A stretch of DNA of 64,000 nucleotides from Dipteris shenzhenensis (lineage: Eukaryota), in NCBI GenBank assembly GCA_047967505.1, contig CM106538.1. One strand, given 5' to 3'. The notes beneath the pieces are model-generated. The model made no database searches, was not told the DNA's origin, and worked only from the letters and a program-made list of their open reading frames with translations. How positions within the stretch are numbered: the first letter of the stretch is position 1; every line of letters begins with the position of its first letter. The position numbers and the translations under genes were made by a program. Below, one piece after another: positions 1 through 13,300 of this stretch.

Positions 1-587
1 TGAACACCACACCTTGCTTCTCCTTGCGCGTTCTGTATTCCAAGTAGAGGCATGCCAACAAATAGCACGTCCAGATGCCTACGCCTGCATACAGAAGGTG
101 GAAGAACACGCCTAATCCGAAACCCATCTGCGAGTACGACGTTGGCATCGACAGAATCACTTGTCCCACCTGAATCCAAAACTTGTTCCGTCAATCAATC
201 TGTCTATGTGCTTATCACAAATCTACCGTCGACATTCTAGCTAGCTAGTTTCCGTCAATCAGAGAAGAAAGTATACACTATTTGATTATTCCGGACTTGA
301 TCACTTTGCCTTAAGAGTCTGCAAGAAAGAAAAATTTCGACGAGTTTCTCGACCTGGCCGGACACGGCGTTAAACCACGCATCGTAGTTAGAGCCTCCGT
401 GCCAGATGTATCGATTCCAAAGATCCGTCAACTGATGGGGGCTCTCGTTGGATTCCAGATGACGAGCTTCTGGATCCAGAGAAATGATAGCATCCATCAC
501 GTCGACTTTCGTACGAGCGAGGCCATTGGAAGGCTGGGCCGGGGTATAATTTGCAGCGGGATGGCCGGCGATTTCGTTAGAGGCCAT
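1..587 (-). pseudogene. AUX1/LAX: AUX1/LAX-like auxin influx carrier (amino-acid permease family), exons 1-2, with a frameshift in exon 2; runs off the window start
   Basis: Exon 1 (587-354, gccATGg) ends ...IWHGGSNYDAWFNAVSGQ|GT. The intron is 353-170 (GT..AG). Exon 2 from 169 reads VGQVILSMPTSYSQMGFGLGVFFHLLYAGV, then after a 1-nt loss at ~77-78 IWTCYLLACLYLEYRTRKEKQGVVF. This matches the AUX1/LAX N-terminal signature (WHGGS.WDAWFSCASNQVAQVLLTLPYSFSQLG...YVEYR.RKEKEG). Confidence 0.85.
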
Positions 588-1370
588 GGCAACGAAGCTC
601 TGGACGCTGGAGTCTCACAGACTCTCACTGTCTCCAGCCTCAAAAAAAAGAAGGCTCAGAGATTTGAAAATCACGGCGGCATTGTATTATATGAGAGCGA
701 TACGATGCAGAAAAGCAAAAGTTGCTTTTTGACATGGTATGTGCTTCGACCCAGGATCGTCGGCTTTCTTTCAGCTCATGCTTCATTGTCGCCGCCCAAC
801 GTGTGGAAAAGCTCGTCTCTTCCGTTCTAACGATCCCATCATCTCTCTGTCTTCAAACTACGCCACGCAATCTGTGTCGCTAGCAAGTCGACCTTTATCG
901 CACACTTGCATGACGCCGTCCACGTTTCTTTGCGTAGTTATCCTGTTGGCAGTTGTTGGTTCGGCTGCCATGTTAACGCGTCTCAAACTTGGATACGTCT
1001 TATGAATGTACAATGCACATCCGGTGCCTACAACATTACAAAAGACCAACCTGCGGAGAGTCCAGGTTAGTTCACACCGGTCCAAATTGTTTCACCTTGT
1101 GAGGAGTCTTCCACTTAAGATGAGTTTCCTCCACACCAAGAGTCAACCACCCACACACCACTTCTCAAGAAATTCTACCTTAGCCCCCCCACTCCATGCC
1201 ATTTTCAAAGGAGAGCATTTTCCCAAAATTAGCAATTGAAAACAGGGCACAAAATAGCATGTCACTAGCATCTCTAATAAGAACTTAATGAGTTCCCATT
1301 CCAAGCCTCCCAAGAAAGCACTAATGCTAGCATACAACTTGAACTTACAACCACAAAAAATCCATATTCG

Positions 1371-1566
1371 AATACAACCCCAAACTAGTTCCGGGTAGGT
1401 AGCTATATTGAGCTAGAATATATTTTAATGAATTTCTTGCCATTCCCTAAAAATTCAAAATTAATATTTGCCAATACAACCACAAACTAGTTCTGGGTAG
1501 GTAGCTATATTGAGCTAGAATATATTTTAATGAATTTCTTGCCATTCCCTAAAAATTCAAAATTAA
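1371..1566. repeat. Tandem duplication, ~102-bp period; also part of the left outer inverted repeat
   Basis: aatacaacc.caaactagtt..gggtaggtagctatattgagctagaatata...aaaattaa occurs at 1371 and 1473. Confidence 0.9.
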
Positions 1567-1984
1567 GAAAAGTTTGACACATGATTCAAGAAGAGTTGAT
1601 ATTGTCAATTTATGACACAATTATATCTACTTAAAAAGATGACTTAATTTTTAAAATGAACTAAGAAGATAGGTTTATGTAAAGTTTAAAATAAGAAAAG
1701 ATGACTAATTACTTGGTTGAGTAATAGGATAGCATTGTGGTAATTTTGTTAAGTTTATATGTTTTAATATTGTACAATTTGATTCTTATCTAATTTATAA
1801 AATAAAGTGAGTAGAATGTGATAATAGAAATACCTTTTTTTGTTTAATGCATCAGGGTGATTTTTTTTTTAAAAAGTTGCTATTCAAGTTTATATTTAAT
1901 CTACAAAATAAATATAAAGATGTATCAAAAATGTCGAAATGATTTGAAATTTAGTTTGAATGTAAAAGATTTAAATGATAGTGG

Positions 1985-2143
1985 GTATTGAATAAATGTA
2001 TGGTAATTTGCATTTAAAAGATGCATACATTATGTATTTGAACACGTAACTTTATATTTTTATTGTATTGAATAAATGTATGGCAATTTGCATTTAAAAG
2101 ATGCATACGTTATGTATTTGAACACGTACCTTTATATTTTTAT
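1985..2143. repeat. Tandem duplication, 80-bp period
   Basis: gtattgaataaatgtatgg...tttatattttta occurs at 1985 and 2065. Confidence 0.9.
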
Positions 2144-3103
2144 CGTGGATTGATCTATTGTAAGATCAAATAATGATGTCGTTAAACAATGAGTTTATGT
2201 TTGAGGGTGATGTTAAGTGAGAAAGATGACTTGCAACTTGAGAAGTATTAATTATTATGAAATCGAGAAAAGCAAGATAATAGTAGAAATACTTGAAGGA
2301 CACTACAATAGTATTATAACAGTAATGAACTTAAAAGTAGTAATTATTGAAATTGTTAAAAAATGGAGATATATGCCACCAAAAACATGACTTCTTTAAA
2401 AGCATGATTTAGCAATGAAGTAGCAATGCTTTGAAAAGGAAAAAATGGACTAATATGTGCTATGAATTAAGAGTCCTTCAAAAGTCATAACAAGACAAAG
2501 CACCCATAGACGCGCACACAGACGCGTTTCATGAACTAAATAAAAAACTTACGGGCACGTCTATTTGCGCGTCTGGAGACCCGCGTCTAATTGCACGTCT
2601 ATATATCAGACTTACGTGTGTATAGACGCGCAGTTAGATGCATAAATAGACGCGCTTATAAAGGCTTTTATAGATGCACATATAGACGCAAGTCGAACAG
2701 ACAGACGCGAATATAAACACGTTTTAAACACACTGATAGACGCGCTTTTTTTTAAAAAAAAATTTTATAGAATACTGTGTATGTTGTGTATGCTATATAG
2801 TTACAAGAATCCCATATCCACATTCTGTAATTCAATTCTTACAGCCAACCGCATTTTAATTACAATTCCAAATAAAATATTACAACTCCAAAACGCAATA
2901 AAATTGAAAGCTCAAAAAGTGCTTGTATATACATATAGCACGAAGCTAAGCCACATCATGTGGCTTCAAGTACAAAAAATAAGGAAGCTAAGCCACATCA
3001 TGTGGCTTCAAGTACAAAAAATAAGAGGAGTCTATATACAAGAGGCACGAAGCCAAGCCAGTGGCTTTAAGTACAAAAAGAGTAGCTAGCACTACTTCTA
3101 CGA

Positions 3104-4554
3104 CTAATCCTCGCTACCTTCCACGCTCCCTTCTGCGCTCCCTTCTGTGCCTCCTTCCTCGTCTTTCTCATTGTCTTGTGCATGGGCCTGTAAACAAGGG
3201 ACAATATATATCAATGTATGAAAAATCAAATCTTTACTTATAATTTTGGCATTATTTAATTACTTTCAAATACCTAGGGGGCCGCTCCAGTAGCTCGGGT
3301 ATACTGCTCCTCAGTAATCAACCCGTCATCATAGAAGTGCCTCCATATATCTCCTCTGCGATGGTGGCGGTGGTAGGCTGTCTCCACTGGAGTAGGGTAT
3401 CTGCCCACGATCTCAAGCTGCATGACCGCGACACACTTTGTGGAGGGATTAGTACAAAGAAACAACCAACCTCCTAATAAACTACATAAGCAATATAATT
3501 TGAGATCGATACTTACAAATTGGGCCTCCCATGATTCAACACCCCCTGCTCTAAAATGCGCGCTTCCATATTCCTCCATCTGGATCCTCCGTGCCTCCAC
3601 GTGCTGCAGACTGGGGTCCTCCCTCGCTGACTTCATTGCCTTCTTCCACTCACGCTTGTGAGCGGTGTGGGGCGGGCCCCTTGGTGGTTGACCTGCCTCA
3701 AGCTTGGCAAGCTCCGCTAGTGCTTGCCTCTTAAGCGAAGATCTTTTATTGCTAAGTATCGTAACAATCTTTGACTTCCCCCATTTATATGTGAATTGGC
3801 GATTGGGGGGGTTAGGATACCTAGAGTGAACAGTAGCGAGGGTCTCATCAGCCAATCTCTTTGGGTGGTCTTTATAGTGGATAAAGCAATCTCTGTAATT
3901 GTTAGCAATTACAGAGCACATGAAGGCCATGATGTCCTTCCCCCGCGCATCCATCAAGATGCCTCCTGTCTGAGTGATGTCATAAGTACCATCACCTAGA
4001 GGCACATCTAAATCATCTGAATCATCCTTCTCCTCACCGCCACATGGCCCAAAGCACTGTGCCATGCATCCGCCACTGCTCTCCCTGCTACTACGCCTGC
4101 TACGCTGTCGTGTCGAGCTCGTACGCTGGCCACTCGTAGCTGGGGACTGCACGTGACTACGCTGACCACTCGTAGCTGAAGAACCGAGTCTCGATGGCTG
4201 GGAAATACGTCGACGGCTCAGCGAGAGAGAAGGACCTCCTGACGGCATGGGGGAAGGGGCATAAGACGGGATGGCAGAAGGGACATAAGACGGCATGGGG
4301 GAAGGGGCATAAGACGATACAGGGGAAGGGGCATAAGAAGGGGCATAAGACGGCTGTGCTGACTCCGCTGGGGTGATCTCAGGCGGTGTGGGGTGGCTCG
4401 GAGTCTGTAGTGCCGACTCCTGGGGAGTGTTAAGAGTACCCTTCATATACCCGTATAACTCCGCAGGACTAGGAGCGTGCCCTAAAAGATTATATAAGTC
4501 CTTTCAAATAGATTCCCGGGGATCAGGTGAGCTAGAAGCGCTTCCTAGCCACAT
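3104..4554 (-). pseudogene. TnpA-like (Ptta/En/Spm-type) accessory gene of CACTA copy 1, multi-exon
   Basis: The ORF at 3274-4446 has motifs IHYKDHPKRLADETL..RY..KWGKSKIVTILSNKRSSLKR, AHFRAGGVE and GRYPTPVETAYHRHH, resembling CACTA ORF2 proteins, plus a 24-bp PSYAPSPM repeat. The ATG at 4554 is inferred from copy 2, with a W->stop near 4505. Confidence 0.65.
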
Positions 4555-5515
4555 GTTGAACTGGAAAAAAGGAAAAAAATCTATTACTGATGAGCTGAGA
4601 AGAAAGGGGAAGAAAAAAGAGGCTTACTGTCAGAGCGCGTCTATAGACCCGTCTGATTTGCGCATCTATAGATGCATCTAACAGAGCGTTTAACAGTGCG
4701 TTTAACAGTGCATCTAACAGTGTGTTTAATAGTGCGTCTAACAGTGCGTTTAACAATGCATTTAACAGTGCATTTAAAAGTGCGTCTAACAGGGCGTTTG
4801 TGTGAGCGTCTATAGACGCGTCTGTGTGTGTCTGCAACAAGCCAGATGTGCGGTTAGACGCACCTATAGACGCGCTTTTATACGCGCCTTGAGAAGCGCC
4901 TATAGACGCGCTCCGACAGACGAGATTTCTAAAAAGTCAAAAAGGACGTTGCGCCCGACAAAAGAACGTGACGCTCATACCTAGATCCTGCGTTTCCTAG
5001 ATGCGAGAAAGTACAAAACTGGAGAGAGCAAACTTCTAAACAAGAACAACTTCAAAAGGACTTACTTGGATAAAGGTATGGAAGGTTCTTCTTTCTTTTC
5101 CAAACTTGTTTCTTCTCCTTGTTCGTACTCCTCCTCTCCTTTAGGCTTGGAAGTAAGTGTAGGTACGGTCCCTTTCTCTTGAGTGAAAGCTTGGAAGTGT
5201 GTATGGGAGGCTCTCTCTTAAGCTTCGAATCTATGGAACTGCTAATAAAGAAGGAAGGAAGCCGCTCGTGAAATTTAAGTAATGTAAAGAAAAGCAAAGC
5301 GAGCGGCGCGCTGAAAAGCAGGTTTAAAAGCCGCGTCTATAGTCGCGTCTATTAGTGCGTCTATAGGCACGTCTAACTACATAGAGTAGACGCACGTTTA
5401 GACACGTCATTAGACGCGATGTTAGACGCGACTATAGACGTGGCGATAGATGCAACACAGAGTTTAAATTAAGCATTTGAAGAAGAGCAAATTTGGTGGG
5501 TTGTTTGCTTGTAGG

Positions 5516-8500
5516 ATGTCTCCATCTTTAACAAGTAGCTCCAGTGAGGATGAATCCCTCCGTATCCACCATCGCGAAATGTGGTTGGAGCAAAAAATCA
5601 AATGTCTGTGTGATCGATGTCGAGGAAACATGTATCATGCACGCAGGATTACACTCAATCATATCTCAAAGTATGGAGAATGGGATGTGACCGTAAACAG
5701 GGTAAGGGTTTCTAAGTTAAGGTTGATTGAGATACCTATGGGTGTTCATATGTTTGAGTTATGATCCCATTTTAATTTGATACAGGATGCAGTGCCACAC
5801 CTGCACATGTTACCCTATGCCCGTCGTGAGGAGGCGAAGTGTCGGCGATATGAGGTGGAATCTTCAGGAGGGACCATTACGGATGCATGGAGTGATGGTG
5901 ATAGTAGCCCTCTGCCATTACCTCATGAAGCCGTGGAGGAGGAGGTGTTTGATGATATGGTGCGGGATTATATGTCCATCAAGGGAGGGATAATAGCATG
6001 GAGTAGGATGATCTTTTTACCACAGCATCGACTCCACTGTTTGAGGGGTGCACATTCTCTGTTCTACGTGCCTCCCTTGAGTTACTAAACTTGCAAACCA
6101 TCTATGGATGGAGCAATGCAAGTTTGAATGCATTACTCAAGTAAGCTTTAAAGTCGATTTTGCAAACATGGTGAATTATGCGCGTGGGTCAATTACTCAA
6201 ATGCTTTTCCTCATTTATGGTCTTCACGTGCAAGCTATTGTGTAAAATGCTTCCAAGGGAGAATAAATTACCGACCTCAAGAGATATGGCAAGGCAACAT
6301 GTGACCTCTCTTGGAGGATTAGATTACAAGCGCATCCATGCATGTGTCAACGATTGCGTTTTGTTTCGTGGACTACATAAGGATGCAAGAGAGTGTCCTA
6401 CTTGTGGAGAGGCAAGATATAGAGCAGATCTCAAAACCTTGGATGTGCCTCGTAAGATATTGCGACATTTTCCCATAGTCCCTCGCATCCAACATATGTT
6501 CAAGTGCAAATCTATTGCAGAGCTCATGTCATGGCATTCCTCCCATCGATCAACCGATGGCAAGTGGAGAACTCCCGCGGACTCTCCTGCGTGGAAGCAT
6601 ATTGGAGACTCATGGCCAAGCTTCAAGGAAGAACCTAGGAGCTTGAGACTTGGATTGGGTATGGACGGTGTGAACCCATTTGGTCTCAAAAGCACATCTT
6701 ACAGTGTATGGCCAGTGGTATTGGTGAATTACAATCTTCCACCCTCTATGCCTATTAAGAAAGGACATGTCATGCTGTCCCTTCTAATTCCAGGGAAACA
6801 TAAAGTCAAAAATCCTGATGTTTATTTGGAGCCTTTGATTGATGAGCTAGAGATACTTTGGAGAGGTATCGAGGTGCATGATGTGAGCAGGCCTCCCTCA
6901 TCACGAGACTTCAACTGCAAAGCAGTCTTGATGTGGACGATGCATGACTTCCCAAGCTATGGCGAGTGTTCAGGTAAGCATTGCATTTTTTAATTATGAA
7001 TAGGCAAAGGACGTGGCACCCTAAACCCACCTTCCACTCTTAATTGCATCTATTGTTCAGGTCTCACTACATCGGGTTACCATGCATGTCCTGTTTGTGG
7101 TCCTTCGCTAGTTGCCTCACGGGCAGACGCATTGAATAAGGTCATCTATGAGAATCACCATCGATTTCTCCCACCTGATCATCCTAGATATGTTGCCCCT
7201 TGGAATGAAGTCCTCCCACAATCACTCACCGCGGGAGATTGGATGAGAATTTGGGACGGTTCCACGACTCCTCCACCACTTGGCATGAGCCGGTAAGGGT
7301 TTGTAACTATTGGCTGGAAGTAAAGATTGGCTATATTGGTTGAAAGTAAAGATTGCACGCTAACACTTTATTTTGTTTAGATACTCCATCTTTTATCATT
7401 TACCATATTGGTCCCACCTCAAGATCAATCACTTGCTTGATCCCATGCATATCTTCAAGAATGTGGCATCTACCATTTGGGAGCATTTGAATGGGACACG
7501 AGATTCGGCAGGCATAAGGGAGGATCTATGTACCACAGGGAGGATGCGTGAAGCTTGGCCTCAAGAGAGACCAAATGGGCGTGTTTTTTTACCTCGTGCA
7601 CCGTGGATGTTATCAAAGCTAGAGATGGCGATGGTGAAGCGCGCTATTACTACAATTCATACTCCCACTGGATGCATGAGGTGTTTGAAGGGAGCCTTTA
7701 CAAAGAGCAAGAAAAGAGGTGTAGAGCAATTATATGGCTTGAAATCTCATGATTAGCACAAGATGCTCCAAGTAAGTATTTTATATGCATAACATCTTTT
7801 TCCTTTCAAATTTGTGAGTGAATAGCGATAAGCAACTAATCAACCACCTCCTCGCGGGTTCAGTTCATACTACCTACTAGCATTTCACGTAGTGCATCAA
7901 AGGACGTGAAAGATTGTATTTACAAGATGGGCGAGCTTGTGAGGTATGTGAGCTCAAAGGAAATAGATCCCACCACTCTTGAGAATGCTCGAGTTATGTC
8001 AGTGGAGGCGGTTTGTTTAGTGGAGGAGACATTTCCACGTTCTATCCTCACAAGCCAACTACATCTCATAGTACATTTGGTGGATGAGATTGCTATATGC
8101 GGTACTATACATGCACGATGGTTGTTTTCCCTTGAGCGCTTCATGAAGACGTCGAAGGGCTTTGTGAGACAAAATGCAAGACCCGAATGTAGCATGGCCG
8201 AGGGTTGGTTGGTACAAGAGTCACTTGTATATATTTCTGAGTTTCTTGTTGATGTGGATAGCTCTCTCCCACGACTATGGAGAGATGATGAAGACCTAAG
8301 GATGACCTCTATTGTGCCTCAAGGAAAAGGACGCAACAAAGTAATAGACACGGAGTTGCATAATAGTATCAACCTCTTTTGCGTGCTTAATAGTGATGTG
8401 ATGAAAAGATGGGTGACAAGATACGAGGATGCAAAGGCAAGAAGACAAGAAGAAAGGGCCCTCTTTCGTACACACCACGGATCTCGTGTGCCATACCCTC

Positions 8501-9492
8501 AGCATCTAAGAGCACTTCCAAAGGATATTCATGTGGATTGGCTACTTGATGAAATGGAGAAAGCAGAGAAAGATGAGGGGATGCATATCACAATGGAAGA
8601 ATGGGAGTATGCTAGGGGATGCATGAGCAAGGTCGGTATATAGAATGTTATGCATAAGTTAGGAGCTTTTTATAATTTAGATTGCTTATTTAATTGATTT
8701 TTTCTTGGTGTAGTGCACTATGTTCAATGCTATATGGTGTGAGGGCAAGCATTTTCGAACACAACGGATTGATGATAAGAGAAACACACAAGATTGCGGC
8801 GTCATTGCTAGCTTTGAGGGAGCCAATGGAGCCATGGATGATTATTGTGGCATAATCCAAGATATCATTATGCTTGACTTTCGACGCTTCTTTGTGTATG
8901 TTTTGGATGTAAAGTGGTTTAAGGACGTGGTGGAAAGAGGCCCTAATGCAACAATCAAACGCCATGCAAGTGGCTTTGTAACTATTGACTCCACAAAGTT
9001 TTGGCAAAGTAGGAAGGACACACTAGTACTACCGCAACAATGTGAACAGGTACTGTGCACACACATAAAAATACTCGCTTTTAAATATTTGATGCAAGAA
9101 AAGTAACATGATTGTATTTGTGTTTGAATTAGGTTGTCTATCAACCAATGGTAGATAATAATAGATGGTGGCATGTCATACCTATTATGCCACGTTCCAA
9201 AGTGATGTATAGTACATTTACTAATATGGAGCATATGGAGGATGATCATGGCCATGGACGTGATGATGACCGTGATATAAGAGAGGAGGATGATCATGAG
9301 ATAGGAGATATAGATATTGAGGCCATTACCCATGAGGACGAGCCTACCATTGGAGATGCTGATTTCGATGAGCACATGAGTGGCACAAGTAGTAGTGGGT
9401 TGAATGTATTTGTAGATCTAAACACTTGTTTGGATTTTGAAGTAGATAGTTTAGCAAGGGTTGATCTCATTGAGGATGAGATTGAACTGTAG
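5516..9492 (+). pseudogene. TnpD/tnp2 (Transposase_21-like) CACTA transposase with downstream DUF4218/DUF4216-like regions, multi-exon, disrupted
   Basis: Motifs CLCDRC, IHACVNDCVLF..CPTCGEARY, LGLGMDGVNPF, WPVVLVNYNLPP, WTMHDFP, HLLDPMHIFKN, GLKSHD*H, HLIVHLVDEI and LERFMK. There is an in-frame TAG at 7754-7756. Confidence 0.92.
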
Positions 9493-10379
9493 CCCCACAA
9501 TTGATATTGGAAAAACTATTTTACATATTGTCTCATTCTCCTCATCTCACTTAATTCTTGTATATGTGGGCTTGCAAAAAATTATGTGCTTTGGTAATCA
9601 TGGGCAATGTTTGGAAAGCAATGATGTACACCAAAATCTCACTTTCTGTATTCTCTAGAGCGCGTCTATTTACACGTCTAAATGCGCATCTTATTCTCAG
9701 TGTAAATGCGCAAATAAACATGCAAATACACACGCAAATAGACGCGCTAATAAATGGGATGTTAGACGGGCTCGTATTTTCCCAGATCAAACGCGCAAAT
9801 AGACGCGGTGATTTACGCGCAAATAAACGAGCGTTTAGACGCGCATTTAGACATGCCCATAATTTCTCTACTAAAGCAACGCCTATAGACGCACCCGCTA
9901 TTTTGCACGTCTACCAAGCGCTTCTATAGTTGCTTTGTGTTGTTGTGAGTATGACTTAACTATAGTTTGGAAGAAATCCTTTACATGTATTGAAAATGGG
10001 CTTCTATGCAAATATACTAGATTATGTCTCTCTCACAACAAGACAAAGCAACTATAGACGTGCTTGATAGATGCACAAAATAGCGGGCACATCTATAGGC
10101 ATTGCTAGAATAGCAAAAATATGGGCGCATCTAATAGCGCATCTATTAGCGCGTCTGCACTGTGAATTAGACATGGATCTAGATGCAAAACAGAGAATAT
10201 AGAAAGTGAGATTTTGATAAATGTACATCATTGCTTTCCAAACATTTCCCATGATTACCAAAGCACGTAATTTTAACAAAAATATCAATGCTTTTTGTTA
10301 AACTCACATATACAAAAATTAAGTGAGGTGAGGAGAATGAGACAATATGTAAAATAGTTTTGCCAATATCAATGATGGG

Positions 10380-13300
10380 CTACGGTTCAATCTCATCCTC
10401 AATCAGATCAACCCTTGCCAAACTATCTACTTCAAAATCCTAACTAGTATTGAGATCTACAAATACATTCAACCCACTACTACTTGTGCTACTCATGTGC
10501 TCATCGAAATCAACATCACCAATGGTAGGCTTGTCCTCACGGGTAATGGCCTCAATATCTGTATCTCCTATCTCATGATCATCCTCCTCTCTCGTATCAT
10601 GATCATCATCACCTCCATGGCCATGATCATCCTCCATACGCTCCATATTAGTAAATGTACTATACATCACTCTGGAATGTGGCATAATAGGTATGACATG
10701 CCACCACCTATTATTATCCACCATTGGTTGATAGACAACCTAATTCAAACACAAATACAATCATATTATTTTCCTTGCATCGAAGGTATCAAATATTTAA
10801 AAGTGAGTATTTTTATATGTGTGTACAATACCAATTCACATTGTTGTGGTAGTACTAGTGTGTCCTTACTTTGCCAAAACTTTGTGGAGTTTGTTGCATT
10901 AGGGCCTCTTTCCACCACGTCCTTAAACCACTTTACATCAAAAACATACATAAAAAAGTGTTGAAAGTCAAGCTTAATAATATCTTGGATTATGCCACAA
11001 TTATCATCCATGGCTCCATTGGCTCCCTCAAAGCTAGCAACGAGGCCACAATCTTGTGTGTTTCTCTTATCATCAATCCGTTATGTTTGAAAATGCTTAC
11101 CCTCACACCATATAGCATTGAACATAGTATACTACACCAAGACAAAATCAATTAAATAAGTAATCTAAATTGTTGAATGCTCCTAACTTATGCATAACAT
11201 TCTATATACCGACCTTGCTCATGCATCCCCTAGCATACTCCCATTCTTCCATTGTGATATGCATCCCCTCATCTCTCTCTGCTCTCTCCATTTCATCAAG
11301 TAGCCAATCCACATGAATATCCTTTGGAAGTGGTCTTAGATGCTGAGGGTATGGCACACAAGATCCATAGTGTGTACGAAAGAAGACCCTTTCTCCTTAT
11401 CTTCTTGCCTTTGTATCCTCGTATCTTGTCACCCATCTTTTCATTACATCACTATTAAGCATGCAATAGAGGTTGATATTGTTAAGCAACTCCATGTCTA
11501 TTACTTTGTTCATGCATCCTTTCCCTTGAGGCACAATAGAGGTCATCCTTAGGTCTTTATCATCTCTCTGTAGTCATGGGAGAGAGCTATCCACATCAAC
11601 AAGAAACTCAGAAATATATACAAGTGACTCTTGTACCAACCAATCCTTGGCCATGCTACCTTCAGATCTTGCATTTCGTCTCACAAAACCCTTCAACGTC
11701 TTCATGAAGTGCTCGAGGAAGAACAACCATTGTGCATGTACAGTACTGCATATAGCAATCTCATCCATCAAATGCACTATGAGATGTAGTTGGCTTGTGA
11801 GAATAGAATGTGGAAATGTCTCCTCCACTAAACAAACCACCTCCACTGACATAACTTGAGCATTCTCAAGCATGGTGGGATCTATTTCCTTTAAGCTCAC
11901 ATACCTAGAAAAGAAAAAGTACACAATATTAGCAATATGAACACCTTGCATCTTGTAAAGTACCTCACAAGCTCGCCCATCTTGTAAATACAATCCTTCA
12001 CGTCCTTCGATGCACTATGAGAAATGCTAGTAGGTAGTATGAACTGAAACACGAGGAATGGTTGATTAGTTGCTTCTAATTCACTCACAAATTTGAAAGG
12101 AAAAAGATTTTAACATAAAATACTTACTTGGAGCATCTTGTGCCAATCATGAGATTTCAAGCCATATAATTGCTCTACACCTCTTTTCTTGCTCTTTGTG
12201 AAGGCTCCCTTCAAACACCTCATGCATCTAGTGGGAGTACGAACTATAGTGATAACTCACTTCACCATCACCATCTCTAGCTTTGATAACCTCCACGGTG
12301 CATGAGGTAAAAAGACAAGCCCATTTGGCCTCTCTTGTGGCCAAGCTTCATGCATCCTCCCTACAATGCATAGATCCTCCCTTATGCCTGCGGAATCTCG
12401 TGTCCCATTCAAATGTTCCCAAATGGTAGACGCCACATTCTTGAAGATATGCATGGGATCAAGCAGGTGATTGATCTTGAGGTGGGACCAATATGGTAAA
12501 CGATAAAAGATGGAGTATCTAAACAAAAGTTGGTGTTCTTATTTCCAGCCAATATAGCACACAATAGTTACAAACCCTTATCGTCTCATGCCAAGTGGTG
12601 GAGGAGTCGTGGATCCATCCCAAATTTTCATCCAATCTCCTGTAGTGAGTGATTGTGGGGGGACTTCATTCCAAGGGGCGACATATCTAAGATGATCAGT
12701 TGGGAGAAATCAATTGTGATTCTCATAGATGACCTTATTCAATGCATTTGCCCATGAGGCAACTAGCGAAGGACCACAAATAGGATATGCATGGTAACCC
12801 AATGTAGTGAGACCTGAACAATAGATGCAATTAAGAGTTGAAGGCGGGAGGAATGCCATGACATGAGCTCTGCAATGGATTTGCACTTGAACATATGTTG
12901 GATGTGAGGGATTATGGGAAAATGTTGCAGAACCTTACGAGGCACATCGCGATCTACTCTATATCTTGCCTCTCCACAAGTGGGACACTCTCTTGCATCC
13001 TTATGTGGTCTACAAAATAGAACTCAATCGTTGACACATGCATGGATGCGCTTGTAATCTAATCCTCCAAGAGAGGTCACATGTTGTCTTGCCATATCTC
13101 TTGAGGTCGGTGATTTATTCTCCCTTGGAAGCATTTTACACAATAGCCTACACGTGAAGACCATAAATGAGAAAAAGCATTTGAGTAATTGACCTACTAG
13201 CATAATTCACCATGTTTGTAAAATAGACTTTAAAGCTTACTTGAATAATGCATTCAAACTTGCATTGCTCCATCCATAGATGGTCTACAAGTTTAGTAAC

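Larger units (their letters stand above)
2486..9947 (+). mobile_element. CACTA/EnSpm-superfamily DNA transposon, copy 1 (full length, CACAA-type termini)
   Basis: Left TIR CATAACAAGACAAAGCA (2486) and right TIR TGCTTTGTGTTGTTGTG (ends 9947). A 3-bp TSD AGT lies at 2483-2485 and 9948-9950. TAGACGCG subterminal repeats and a tnp2-type transposase are present. Confidence 0.93.

Noticed and set aside
399-830. 143-aa plus-strand ORF
   Set aside because: It is antisense to the AUX1/LAX-like exon 1 and 5' region, and has no independent support.
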